Shown: one piece after another, positions 1 through 13,990 of the stretch
Position numbering within the stretch: the first letter of the stretch is position 1
Layout of the letters: the number at the start of each line of letters is the position of its first letter
Assembly (NCBI GenBank): GCA_973851085.1
Contig: OZ316775.1
Coordinates: forward strand, 16,926,001-16,990,000
Origin: Ptychomitrium polyphyllum
Taxonomy: Eukaryota
Length of the DNA: 64,000 nt
Reading direction: 5' to 3'
The notes under the pieces: model-generated
Told to the model about the DNA's origin: nothing
Seen by the model: only the letters and a program-made list of their open reading frames with translations
The model's database searches: none
Program-made: the position numbers and the translations under genes

Positions 1-1250
1 TCAGGTGACAGCGCAAAGGCGATCACAGAAAGTAATCCAACACCCTGTGGGATGCTGGTAACCGATTCGAGAGATCCTCACCCAGAAACTCTTCAAATTC
101 TAATGTGGAGATCCATGAATATCTACAATTTTACACAAGTTAACAACCACTCTCACTCTCCTCCAAGTACTTGTCGATCCACTAGAGCTTTTGCTCCAAC
201 TTAGCCTTAACTAACAATGAAGATGAAGCTCTAACGGCTGCTCACCATCGGCTCAACAATTTGCCCCGTTTGCCTTCGTCTCGTTCCACCGTCAACACTT
301 CGATAGATCATGCAACGCGCCACTTCTTCAAGATCCACTCCTCACACAGCACCCTTCAACGGCGGCCAGCACACTCGACCTATGGCTACTCTACACTGCG
401 CCAGTTTCAGGCAACCGGATGGCACAGGTTCATGAGCTTGTCAGCCTCCTCCTTCTTCACGCCTCGCTTTTCACCTTCGAGCTCCTCCAAGTTTAAGTTA
501 TCAAACAAGACTAAGTAGAGATGATTTGACACGATCACTGCAGGGTCAGGCAGCCAAGCCTCCTTCGGTCTAGATCTTCGACTTCCTGCTGTGTCCTTAC
601 GCCGTGGTGTGATGACGATGCGTTTGGTACTATGCGCCCTAGATCCTACCCCGCTTGCTCGCCGCTACTACAAAGGACCTGGAGGTGTGTTGTGGGCAGC
701 AGTCCGATGATCCTGCGCCGCAACCAGAGCAACAACAGGCAGCTACCCTGAGATAATGGTCCATTGTACCACCATGCGTTCAAGCCACTAACTTGGGAAT
801 AGCTGCTACTACAGTAGCCCTACGGGTGGGAGAAGAATACAGTAGTGTCCCGACAAGCAGGCCAGGCGCGGCGCCTTTGACTGTTGTAGGCTTCAAGGAA
901 GTACTGGGCAGTGCAGCCCATTGAGCCCAACTTGGGTTGGATGGGCCCGGGTTTCTTTGTCATCATGGAGGATTCGTTCGACCAAGGATGCTTGTCCAGT
1001 GCAGCAGCAGCTTGGACGGGATCATGGCGCAACCGTGGGGGTTGCCGGCACCCCTGCCCTCTGACACGCCAGCCCCGCAGCATCATCCAGCACTCCAGCA
1101 CCAGTAACGTTGTTTCTTCATGTTGTTCTTCCTTACCATCTCCACACTCCACAACCAACACTCCTGCTTCATTCATTCATTCATCATGTATCGAGGCTCG
1201 AGGTTGTCTCTTCAGATTCTTTATCGTCGTCTCCATCACACAAAGCTGTT
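1..1250 (-). other. GC-richer, degenerate coding-like remnant of unknown origin (runs off the window start)
   Basis: Abrupt composition change at ~1.3 kb. One minus-strand frame reads as a charged, stop-interrupted protein (...NLNLEELEGEKRGVKKEEADKLMNL...LLVKAKLEQKL*WIDKYLEESESG...). No domain recognised. Confidence 0.25.
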
Positions 1251-4200
1251 CATGATCCAGCTTCATTCATCGACAGGTTGCAGGTCCTCTGCTTTCTGTA
1301 TTCTGACTGGTTACTGTAGCAGTTGAAACAAAAAAATGCAAAAAAATACAGTAACTGTTGTCATGCAGCCTATGGAGTGTCATTAGCTTATGGTATTTAA
1401 CCCTACTTGACTAAAATAAGATTAACACTGTGTAACTCCCCACCTTGTGCTCAGATGCATGATCAAATTGACGATTAGCAGCGTAAGCTCTGGGCAGTGG
1501 GCATGATCGGATGATGCCAAAAGTCTTTTATTTGGAAAGAAATGCCTCAGATGCTTAACATTGCCCCTCCCTTCTTAGTGACAATATGGATGCATCTATT
1601 CCAAACATGATTCCCAATACATTTAACATGATTATTTATAAACATTTTGTTGAATAAACTTGAGACAAAGGAATGAAATTATAGCCAATCAAGAATGATG
1701 TGAAACATTATAAGCCATAATTCCATTAGGATTAATTTAGTTTTTTTATAAAATTGACAATCCATGTCTTTGCAAAAACATGTTCATTCTCCAATGTTCT
1801 ATTTATTAACATACATTACTTTTTTTTAAACCAAAAAAATTGTAATTTTTGAGTTAATTGATTTATGGTTAAGCAATGCTGAAATGTCAAATTGATAGTA
1901 GAAAAGAACATTAGTTCTAAGGAGGTTTGCTCATTTAGAGTTTTAAAAGTTTTCCATTTCAATGTGATTTTCTACAATCACTAAAAAAAATGAACATATA
2001 CATGCCTCTACATTCAAGGCTATCCTTTTTAAGATGAAAAAGCCTTTATCATGTGCAAATACAAAATTTCATGAAATTGAATATCTACATTATGGATTTA
2101 CATTCCTATATTTCAATTTGAATAATATAAATTTACAAGTAGCATTGAGAAGGTACCAAAAATATATGTGAGTTTGCATCTCTTTTAGACAATTTTGATT
2201 CTTTTATATTATATTTTTTAATAGATTCATGATTTAAAAATAGATCATGATTTAAAAACCCATTTTTGACTTTAATAGGCCATAATAAATCTCATGTAGA
2301 ATATATATTATGACATGAATTGCATTCAATTGATTTGTAAATATCAATTATTAGAATTCTTATTTTTTTTTTAATATTTAGCATTTGAAATACAAAATAA
2401 AGCTTAATTTTTTTATTAATGCAAATGTAATTGATAGAACTAAGTTTGGCTTAAAATTTCCAAGTAGGTTTAAAATCTGAAGCTCTAAAGGATAAATTCA
2501 TCGATTGTAATTTGTATCATTTATAAGACTGCAAATCATGAGGTAAAGGACTCCACTGATATCAATTTGTGTTCCTAATATTGCTACCTTTTAATGATTA
2601 GAAATATGCAATAATCTTCTTTGGAACCAAAATTAATTAGAAGGATTTATTATAGGATTTATTATGTATTGTAAGGATTTGAGATCAATCCAACAATTAA
2701 AAGAAAACAAACTAGAGGTTATAAATAAGTGATGATTATTGTACCTCAATAAATTATATAGAAGATAAGGATTCTTAAAAAATCCTTACCTCTTTGAAAA
2801 CAATGGTAAGAATAATTATTATTCCTACTTTAAGATCAAAATGGTTTTAAATCTCATGACCTAGATTTATTTAAATAAGAAAAAAAACCATAAAAAATCA
2901 TCCACTCAAGGATATTTTTGATAGTCATTCTTCCATGAATAAACTTTAATTCATCAATCAAATTCTTGACGCCAAAAATCACAAAAAGCCTTGGATAAGG
3001 CAATATTGTTTCACTATTCATTTCTACTATGAAGGCCCAATAAACAATTTTTCGTCTCAACCTATCAAATTGCTTGAATCCTTTGTGCATTTAAGTAACA
3101 ACAATAGCATGAACCGCCCTTTTTACAATTCATATTGCGTTTTGTTTTATTTTGACAGTGCCCTGGCAAGATACACCAAGTTCAAAATACATTATATAAT
3201 GTTGAGCAGCACAATAATCATGTGTAGGGCACTGAATAATTTGGTCTGATTTCTGCATTCTGCAGGCTAATCTGTAAGTTAGGCCTTGCCGGCTTTGTAG
3301 AGTCTCTGCAGCAGTTCTCTAAAACCTCTGTAATGTTCACAGCAATGCTCCGAGTCCCATGTGTAGGAGATAAATTATGAGGCCACTAAATTAGACTGAA
3401 CCTCTTTATACTGCTAATAAATTGCTATATTTTTTTGTAGTTTAGGCAGACATTCTGCTAATATAATACAGCTCCCCAGAACTCCTTCAAAGAAATGGAT
3501 TAGCATCTGTGCTCAGAAGAGATTGGTGAGGATAAGGGCGGGACCTGCATATAGCCTTTCCTTGAGGATTCCTTGAGGACATCCCTACTGACCTAGGCTT
3601 CCGTTTTACTATACTCCTGTCCTAAGTCGGTTTAAGTCACTCCAATCACCCTCGTCATAGAGGCCATATTATTGTCAAACATTTATTTTTCCTAACATCA
3701 CCAGAAACAATAGTTGTTCTAGATGTTTACTAGAATATGGTCTCTTAACTCTTTAATGCCCAGGTGACGAGGAAATGGTTACTGTTTGTACAAACATAAG
3801 GATAACACAACCTTTTTTAAAGCAATTGTATTGCAGATATGATTAATGGTTGTAGAGAATGTAGTAATAACTGAAATACCAGAAAATCACTTCAAATGCA
3901 ATTACGTAACACTTCAGAATACTTGATTATATGGTCTCAAGTACAAAAAGTAAGTACAAAAATCAGTAAAGTGGTCAAAAAGATGTATCCAACTATGTAC
4001 AAGGCCAGCTCAGAAAATTACATCCATTGAGCTGATCAGATTTTGGACTTTAGAGGTGGAAACTCCATTAAGAAGATAGGGTACATATCAATTAATGGCG
4101 GCATAAAAGGAGAGTTTGGAAGGAAACTTAAAGTATGAAGTATGAAGTATGCAAGTGTAGTTGAAACTATATTTGTGTGTATTTCGTTTGTATCTTTTAA

Positions 4201-4969
4201 ACAAGGTGACTTTGTTTACAGTGCCAAGAGTTCAAAGTTTCCCATAAAATTGCAAAATCTTGACTGATAATTTTTTTCTAATTCTGGTCAACACAGATGT
4301 TTGGCATGCACCACTTGCAAAATGTGAAAATCAAAGGTTCTAACGTTGGAATTTTTTGCAAAATTAAAACTAAACTTGATTAAGATACAAAAGTTATGCA
4401 TAGCAACATCTTGAAGAGGAGTTCCATATCCAAAATACATGACATGAGTCAATGTTTTTTGTTCAAACAAAGGTAACTTCACAAAATTGTGTGAATTACA
4501 TGCACCCAAAAACTTTTAAAAATATGTCAGAATCCTGAACATTGACCATCATACAGTTCCAAATTTTGATATAATCTGTTAATTCAGGTTGAGTAAGATC
4601 TGCTGCGGTTCAGTTCTCATTAGAATACACCACCGGACAGAGAAAGTTGTTCACAATCAGGAAGTAAAAGAAAAACTCCATTTACAGAAGCCCAATTTAC
4701 AACTCCCTTGCTGCAAGGCCAGCAAGAATGGTTATAACTCTAGATCAATAATGAATTAGGTTTTGAAGCACTAGATTTTAAATTTTCTTTAATATTGCAC
4801 TTATTCAATGCTACAAATTGTACTTGATTCCAATTGTTCTAAGTCCCTCAAATGCATGCGTGTGTAGTGGTGTTTTAGACCAAATACCTACTTATGCACA
4901 TTATACCTTCAAATATATAGGTTATCCATTGTTCTTTGTCTCATACTTGGAATTGGCCTTTTCAAAAAA

Positions 4970-5245
4970 TCATCCATCTTTGTAGCGTCCAATGTATGTG
5001 GGAATTTGAATGGATCCATGATGTTTGTCAATATTATTTGTACATGATTTGGACAAGCACATATTCAATGCATGTTCAATGCATGTGATAGTTAAAAATT
5101 GATAATGGATTTTGCGCAAATGTGATTCATAAGTGCCATATGTCATTAGAATATATGTAAGGCATTGTACATGAAAACTCATGGGTTGCATTTTAGAAAA
5201 TTTGGTAAGAAAATCAATTTGTTGCCAAGTAGCCATTTTCCTCAA
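4970..5245 (-). pseudogene. Possible hAT transposase relic
   Basis: ORF contains HLRKIHYQFLTITCIEHALNMCL, resembling the hAT CxxH-xLN motif. No TIRs found. Confidence 0.3.
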
Positions 5246-8200
5246 GAGTAAGATATGAAATCCACACTTAAGTTACAAACACATAGTATGAGATTTCAAT
5301 AGCTTGATTGGATGTTCATGACTTTTTCACATACAAGAGATATGTTTTGTCTATGGGATTGAGTTGCTATTAACCACATTTAAAGTCTTGGTTTTGGGAA
5401 CATTGAAGAATGTCAAAAAGCCAATAAAATTCAAGTTTTCTACAAGAAATGGTGTGCGCTTCAAAAGATCAAGCTTAATGTCTTTATCTTTTCATATTGA
5501 TGTTAGACCTTAAATTTAGTGGCATTGCAATAAGTCACAAATTATAATAATTTCAAAATTCTTAGAAAGTGTTATTTGTTGAGTGTACAGCCTATCAAGC
5601 ATCGAAACATTGAAGCATTCAAACATTGAAATTGTTTTAAGGCTCCTACAGTTTTTATAGATTTGTATATGGACAGCTCACGGAAGCACATTGCAAATAC
5701 ATTCTTAAATTAAAAAGAAACCAAATATCATGGAAAATCATGAAAATATTTAGCAACAGCATTTTGTGGTTTAGTTTGAAACTTGCAAAAAATGAAGCTT
5801 GGAGTCGTATCCTTCGATTTCTTAATCTGATTCTTTGATTTATTGTTAGCTTATCTACTGGTAATTTTGTCATCTTCTTAGTGAAATACGTCATATTGAA
5901 CATCTAGTCTTGTCTTGTGGCAGTTTTGATTGCAAAAGGGTAATAGACCATCATTTTGGTAGAGTGAGTTCACTTTGTCTCAAAAGAAGTTGACGGTTTT
6001 AAAAAGGAATTGTGAGAATTTCATGAATTTTAAACATCAAAAAGTCCAAACAAATTATATTGGAGGGGGTGCTTGACCATTGCAAGGTTGTATGGCACTT
6101 AGCTCAAACACGCAACAAGCTTCACCCAGGTTCTGCTGGAAGTTTTCTTTAACAATCTGACAAGACTAGGTGTAATTCTAATTATCTTCTGCACTGAGGG
6201 GTGGTGATTCAATTAAGTACAAGTATAGGTGACCAGAAGTTGGAAGTCTTGCGTATTATAGTTACTGTTCCTCTTCTTAACTGAATAAACTCTCAAACTT
6301 ATCTGCTGGCCTTTATTATGCCTGGTTGTAAATATTTGCAGGAAATTACTGTAGTTGTTACTTATTTTCAAAAAAATAAGAGGAGAAATTTTATTGCAAG
6401 AAAAGCAGGTGGTAACCTGAATATTATTATGTATTAATTTTAAACAAGACAAGGTTGACAAGATTTGAGGAGTCAGCTCAGACCTGAGGACGCAGGTGCG
6501 AACTGGTACCTGATTAATGCAGAAACATGGCTACACTACACACATTCATATTATTCAAGGAAAAAGTTTATCCTTCTTACGGCTGCAGTTCATATAATAG
6601 ACTCGTGGACTTCCGTGCAGGGTACCACTGTAGCCAGTTGGGTTCAGGTGTTGAAATTACCTGCATAACTTATAACTTGGAACGACAATCGAGACTACTA
6701 ACTGGCAGACACAACATAACAGAGAACGTTTTCAAAGGGATGGAAAGTGATGAGCAGAAACTGGTGGCAAAGTGCCAGCAAAAACGGAAGATTCTGATGC
6801 ATAATTGATTAAATTTAAGCAACGAAAACCAAGATCCAGAGAACTGCACAGAGAGCTGTCGTTCATCTGAAACCACTTTTTCTCCAAAGTAAGTGCTAAA
6901 TGTGGAGTCCTTGACACAAGAACTTTGGCAGGATTGAAGTCAAAAACGTTAAGAAGAGGAGGGAAGCCGCAAGGAGAATGACACTCTGATAACGAGAAAG
7001 AGAATATGGAGTGAACGAAGGAATCAAAATCAATAGAAATGGGATTTGCTATCTGCTTAATAAAGACTGATTTTGCACGAAAGGTGGTCAAAGGAGCCAT
7101 GATCGTTTCGTTTCTCCATTAACCAACTGAAAATGTAACAAATCCATGCATGAAATTCAAAATTCTTAAGTCTGTTTTAGGTTTGTTCTTTCGATCTTTT
7201 CATACATCGGAGAGATGATTTTTGTCTGTGGGGTCATTCCAGCGCAACTTACGATTTTGTCGTTTGATGCTATGAATGAGATTTTCCTCTATTTGAACAC
7301 GGTGGGGGCAGTGTTAACTGTTCACTGGACAGGTGAAAGTGCTGCCACCCTGCCACTGGAATTCCAGCGGCCCATTGATTAAACGGTCTCCTCATTTTCA
7401 TTACTATTTTGTCTTCATATCAGGCTGCATAAATGTTTATGGCTGCCTACTGAGTAATGATACCATGTATGATCCTCCTTCGGCTTATTAGAATTTTAAA
7501 TAACTTATGGTTGCGAGAAGATAACCCATTGAAATCTGTAGTCACTCCATAATCTGGCCGTCCTTGGTTGGATCGAACGGCGTAGCAGGGGTGCCAGCTT
7601 ACCATCATTCTTAGTAGTGCAATCCATACACGGAGCTTCCAGGCCGGCCACGAAGCAAGTTAAGCTTATAAATAGTGTCCTTGGAGCAACACGCGATTCA
7701 TTAAGCCCAAATAAAACATAAAAATTTAAGCAATAATATTGCTAAACTTGTATTGGTTGAATGAACCCCTAAAGTACAATTGTTTGTACAATTGTCTGTG
7801 GGAAAATTCTCTTAGGATAGGCTCTCGGCAATGTCAATTTTTCATTTTTCCTTTTTGGAGTTTTAATTTAAAGATGTGGAAATGTATTAGCTTTACAAGA
7901 ATATAAAAAAAAATTCTCACACCTAATTCCTAGGATAGATTAATGTTAGGTAATTTCTTTTACTCCTAAAGCATTATAAAAAAATTTACTGCACACTTTC
8001 ATTTCTTCTAAATTATGATGTAGATGTAATCAAGATAGTTATCTTTGAAATCTTTGAGAGAAGAATAAAAAATCAAGTGGGTCAAAGGTGACACATTCTC
8101 TATTTAAAATTGACTTTTCTTTTTATTACAATCAGAATAATGGAGCATAAAGAAAGAGAATTTTACTACATTGCATTAGATATAAAAAAAAAAAGGTATA

Positions 8201-9403
8201 GATCCAAATTCTTGAAATAACAAATTTAATTAATACAAAGATAGAAATGCACCATATATGCATAAAAAAATATAAGAAAAATATAGAATCTTTGTTTCGA
8301 TAGATCTAAAAATGTGACAACAATAGTGTGCTACAAAATTATAAAAAATAATTTAATACATGTTGGAATAAAGCTTCAAACAAGTACAATTGAAATTGGC
8401 ATTACTATCTAAAAAAACAATTATATTTGTTTAAAAAGAAACCACCATTACTGTAATTATGGCACAAAGCAAAGAATTAATAAGCTATATGGAATGCATG
8501 AGGTATCACTAGGTGATTATAGCTTTTCAATACATTCACAAGCACATAACACATATATCAAGTAAAACTACAAATGTAAACATGATGTTGCCAATTAAAC
8601 AAATACATTAGATAATTAAATATGATTGCAAAGAGGCTAATTATTGATTATCTTGGTACTTGCACCTACATATAGATAGAGATTATATAAAGATAGAATT
8701 TGATATTGTAAGTAGATGATAAGCAAACTTCAATCATGGCAAGTTGTAGTATAATTTGGAAAAGAGCCACAATGAATTAATGGCTATATTTAGATATCCG
8801 AATTATTTCCAAAATCAAAATGCACACAAAGTTAGATTTTTACTTCATTGTTGAAGTTTGTGGACTCCATGCAATCAATTTAATACTTAAGTCAAGCATA
8901 ACTTATTAAAGATACATATAGAAGCTATATTTTATAAGAGTAGAAGTGGTAGGCTTTGAAGCCTTGTTGCATGTAAAGATCTAAATAAATATCAACATGA
9001 ATTTAAGCATTTACTAGTCTATATTAATAGTTTGAAAATATACAAACCAAATACTTCCAAAGCTAATCAATAACTTGTGCAAAAATATATTTTGCTAAAA
9101 ATATTTGTAAAGTTAAGATACAAACATCAAAATACAAAAAAAAAAATTATCAATCTCTTAAGAATTGCAGAGGTTTCACTTCAAGAAGAATGAAAGTTTT
9201 ACAACCTTGTTACATCAGGTTAATAAAAACTAGCACCTTCTCTTCCTTTTTTAAAAGTTAAAATTTTAAATTTTAATTAAATATGAAAATTTAGTTTAAA
9301 ATTTTAAAAAAGAATCATATAAATTTATAAATGACATTAAAGCATATCAATATTATCTAATACATTAAAAACGAATTAGTTCTAATATATATTAGCCTTT
9401 AAG

Positions 9404-9537
9404 AATCGTTTTACACATTCTTATTAATTTTGCAGTTTAAATGCTTAAATCTTAAAGTTTTATTATTTTAATCGTTTTACACATTCTTATTAATTTTGCA
9501 GTTTAAATGCTTACATCTTAAATTTTATTATTTTAAT
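9404..9537. repeat. Tandem duplication, 66-bp unit x2
   Basis: AATCGTTTTACACATTCTTATTAATTTTGCAGTTTAAATGCTTA... starts at 9404 and again at 9470, with only a couple of differences. Confidence 0.95.
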
Positions 9538-12500
9538 TCATTTAATGATTGAATATACAAATAGTTTGTTTTTGCCTCACTTATGTTATTTCCATTTTTA
9601 AAAATCACAAAATAGCCATGCTCCATTTGATTTAATCATCTAATCATTTTTTATACAAATTTGAAAATTCTAAATATGTAATATTAGTTATACATATTTT
9701 TTGGAAGTGATTGGAGAACAATATACATTGTATTATGAAATGTGAATTAAAGGTGAGCCAATAGAATAACATCTTGTTTTTCTTTTTATATCAAAAATAG
9801 AAATATTGAAGTATTCTTTTGTAAATTATAATTATGAAAGATCAGGAATTAATAGATTTTTTTTGAAACTACTCAAAGAATTGGTTAGATGTATTACAAG
9901 TACAATATGGCTTGATGATTCCAATATGGTTAATTTACACAAGATTCAAACTATTACTACATTTATATTAAGCTTGATGGTATCAAAATAGTAGATTTTC
10001 ACATAAATTTGCAAACTCATAATTTATATAATATACTTATTATACTTGTAGTGTTATTTTGTAAAACATAGTTAAGTTGCTCATTTTAAATTGCAATAGA
10101 AGGTGCCAATTATTTTGCACCTTATTTAATAAAATAGCAAATTTTTACTTTATGTCATAGTGAATTTTTGTTCTATAAAAATATATTCTTCAATAATTAA
10201 AAAAGAATCATGTTACTTGCTTATCAAACTTAAAATAAGTAAATGATTGCAATATAATTTTTGAGCTGCTCATTAAGTAGAAAATACTGTTCAAAGTAAT
10301 AAAGTCATTTCTTCCAAAATTCAATATAAGAAAAATGATATTCTATTAAACCAAATACTTTCTTGCATCTTTAAAAGAAACATTTAAAATAATCACATTC
10401 AAATTTACCATTGTAAAAACTTGGCTAGAATTTTAAGAGACATCTTCATGAATATTTGGTTGTTAAAATCATATAGACCATATAACATTTATTTTTAAAA
10501 TTATCACTTGGAATGGCAATTTTTTGTGTATTATTTAAAAAAGAATATAATTTGAGTTCTTTAATAAGGTTAATACAAATCAAAATTATATTCATAAATC
10601 TCTTATATGTTTATAGAATACAAATAATATTATCTTACAAATAGATCGCTTTACTTTTATTAATATCAAAAATTATTATTAAAATTGAAATTTTAAAATG
10701 TAATATCAAAATTTTGATATGATTTTTGAATTCTTATTATTACTTTGTATGTTTCTATGTATAATTTAGTTAATATATATTGACTATATTTAATGTATTA
10801 CTTTTAATTAATGAAATCTTAAATAAACTACAGTAAGAAGTATGAAAATACATATAGCTAAAAAAATTAATAATAAAGTTGTTACAACTTTTAGAATTGT
10901 TCAGATTCTTATTTAACTTTTAATTGATGTTAAACCTTTATATTAACTTAATTAAATTATATTCCTTTGTTATCATTTCTTTAAGGTTAAAATATAATTA
11001 AAACATTCATGATAAGGAATAAAAAGGATTCTCAACATGATGTACTGTAGATGCATTCTATTAATATTAGACAATGTTATATAATAAAAAACTACTGCAT
11101 TTTACTATCTACACTTAATTAAAGAAATTTAACTGGTGTCGTGTTTTGAAAAATCTATAATTTTTTTATTTTTTGTTTTTTGTTAAACAAAGCTTTTGAT
11201 TACTTTAATCATGATTGTATTCATTTTCATCCATCATGATCTACGTAGAAAGAAGCCGTAAGTGGTGGTCACTTGATTAATGTACTAGTCTATTGGCATT
11301 TTTTTAGCCTTTGTGAAAACATCAACCTAAATTTCTTTTTTAAATTTTTAAATTTTCTTTTTTCAATTATATTGACTTTCAAACTGTATTTTCCATAGAA
11401 ATCATTGAAATTTGTACAATTTCTTAAAAAAACATATGTGTATTTAATAATTATGACACAGTTAACATTTTCATATGTCATTTAATACACGTACGAATTA
11501 AGACACATCTAAGTAGTAAATCGTGGTAAATTATGTTGAGGGTACACAAATATAATATCCATGTTTAATGTAAGTTATTTTCTAAATGTGGAAATGTGAA
11601 AAGACCAGTCAATGCAATCTGCACAACTTCATTGCATGTACAGGTTACAACTCGCATGACATATTTCACTTACAATTAATTTACTGTATGATAGGTATGA
11701 AAGACGCTTCATGTACAACTACCTTGGCAGTGTCATGGTCCTTCTTCTATCTTAAGGTAGTCCACATTACCAATCAGCATTTACAGGCCTACAAGCCTTT
11801 TCTGATTTTTATCTTTTATTCTATTATTTTATACGTATTCTTTGTAACTGCTACATTTGTAGCTGGTTTTTCCAACACAAGTGAAAACTATATTACCACT
11901 GCAGAGAAGAATTGCAACTGTCAAGCTGGCTGTACAATGGAACAAATAATCATGACTCTCATTACTCAAATTGGTGGCGTCCAAAACATGAAATCATTAC
12001 TCCATTGAGACAGGGGTATCCTTTCATAAGTTTGGTAATCTAAAGTTCAATGAAAAGTTAAGATTTAATAAAAATATTGTTTAAATGATATTTGAAAATA
12101 AATTTTAAATTCAATTACTTTATCTCAAAAAATGGATTTTCACATTATATCATTGAACTTTACTCTTAAAACTTACTAGACAAAGCATTAAAAAAACTAA
12201 ATTAAAAAAAAAACAAAAAAAAATGTTTTAATTTTTTTTATCATATTAGAGTTTTAATCTAATATCTATAACTATTAAAAAACTCACTTACATTTGACTT
12301 GATAAATCATCCGAAATTTTACTTCCTTCAAGTGGTTACAATTTACAATATAAACAGAAAAATATTTTTGCATCTTTGAAAATCAAACTTTACAAAAAAA
12401 AAAATAGCTAGAGGATATGTAATTTGGTAGATATAGGCGTTGGCATTAAGGGATGGAAATTGTGCACTTTGCATATTATTCTTATTCTATGTGTAAGCTA

Positions 12501-12639
12501 TTACTTTTTAAATAAATTTCAAATAATTATAAATATAAATATTTAACCTTAAAAAATCCAATGATGAATCCAATCTTATGAATGAAGATGTATTATAAGA
12601 GTGCTCCAGATCCAAAAACAAATAGAAGGATAAAGATTC

Positions 12640-13990
12640 CAAATTTAATAGTATTATAACTGGTATAAATTAAGACTTTGTTGATCTACGATCCATGCAA
12701 GGGACATTGGCTGAAACAATTAATTTAAGATCCTAGCAAAGGTCCTAGTTCAACTTGACAGAGGATATTGGTCGTTGTTCCTTGTATACACCAATACCTT
12801 GAATTACTACCACTATCAATGGTAAATACTATAATATATATCATTTATTTCCATATTTTACATTTTGCAAAGGTAATAAAAGGAAATGTAAGTTGTAAGG
12901 AAAACATTGCTTCTAAGAGTGACTCAAGGATGAAAAAGCCATTGCACATAGGATTCAATATGTGGGCCATTGATGCCAAAGCAACTGCAAATAACAACAA
13001 CCAAAGATTACAGTAATAAACTCAGAAGAAACCTTAAATATAAATTAGAGGCCAAGAATTATTCTAATAAGCATGTTAAACGAAATGCTCAAATAACAAA
13101 AATACAAAGATACAACAAGAAATTACAAGGTTTTAATTGAGCATAGGGCATGGTATTCTTTATATGCTTAATGCCAACAACCTGACCTCACAAAAAACCT
13201 GAGGCAAAGGATGCCTTGAATCCATGTTTCAATTAAAAAAGAAGTACACAAGTCTCAATGGACTGTAGTCTTCATTGCTCTTACGGCCAAAAGGTAACCA
13301 TTAGACTCTGCCTTGGCAACAGGGGCAAACATAATGGGATTGTGATTTACTCTAACAAAGCACAATTTTTCTGTCAAAGCCAAGTTCTAAAACCTCAATG
13401 TGGGGATGTAGCCATGTTGAACTAAAAAGCATGAAGTCACAAAGTGGGAAGATCTTTATCATGTCAACCTAAAACTAAAGACCAAGTTAGACACAGAGTG
13501 TCAGAGGACTCAAGGGCCTGTGGAGAAAGATGCATAGGAGGTGGGTGCTGCTCTAGAGATTGAGGATCAAGGATGGCTAGCAAAGTATACTACAATTCTG
13601 GCTTTCCATCCTTTTAATTGCAAAAATCTCATTGCAGAGTCATGCTTTGTTCAGTTTCTTCCTTAGAATGGATCTTATAGCCAGAGATTTCTTAAGTCTA
13701 TAAATGCTGTTCCAAGCTGCACAAGCTGCAAAATTTGCCTGAATTATGTGTTTCCATGCAATGCATAAAATCAAAGAATCTGCATCTTGTTCACCTCCCA
13801 AACCTGCAATTCCTCCCAAGTGTGCTGTAATAGACATGAACAGAAGATATCTCAAGGAATCTGTAAATTGAATGTCTACTGCTTGGATTTCTCCTACACC
13901 AGTGCCTTCAGACATGCCACATATCCAAAAATACCTCTTCTAGCCACTCTTTAGTTTGTGTTGGATGTATTATCATCAAGAAGCCCATGT
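12640..13990 (+). pseudogene. Possible highly degraded LRR/NLR gene relic
   Basis: Frameshifted fragments: CCSKLHKLQNLPEL...KNLHLVHLPNLQFLPSVL, MWGCSHVEL and SLVCVGCIIIKKP (LRR-like), plus IYDPC/RDIG (MHD-like) near 12.69 kb. Confidence 0.25.

Noticed and set aside
6987..7007. miR535-like 21-mer TGATAACGAGAAAGAGAATAT
   Set aside because: Only about 15/21 identity, purine-rich low complexity, and no complementary hairpin arm found.
11259..11289. Weak hairpin followed by CTAG-T (Helitron 3' end-like)
   Set aside because: Stem is only 5-6 bp and AT-rich; no 5' end or Rep/Hel sequence.
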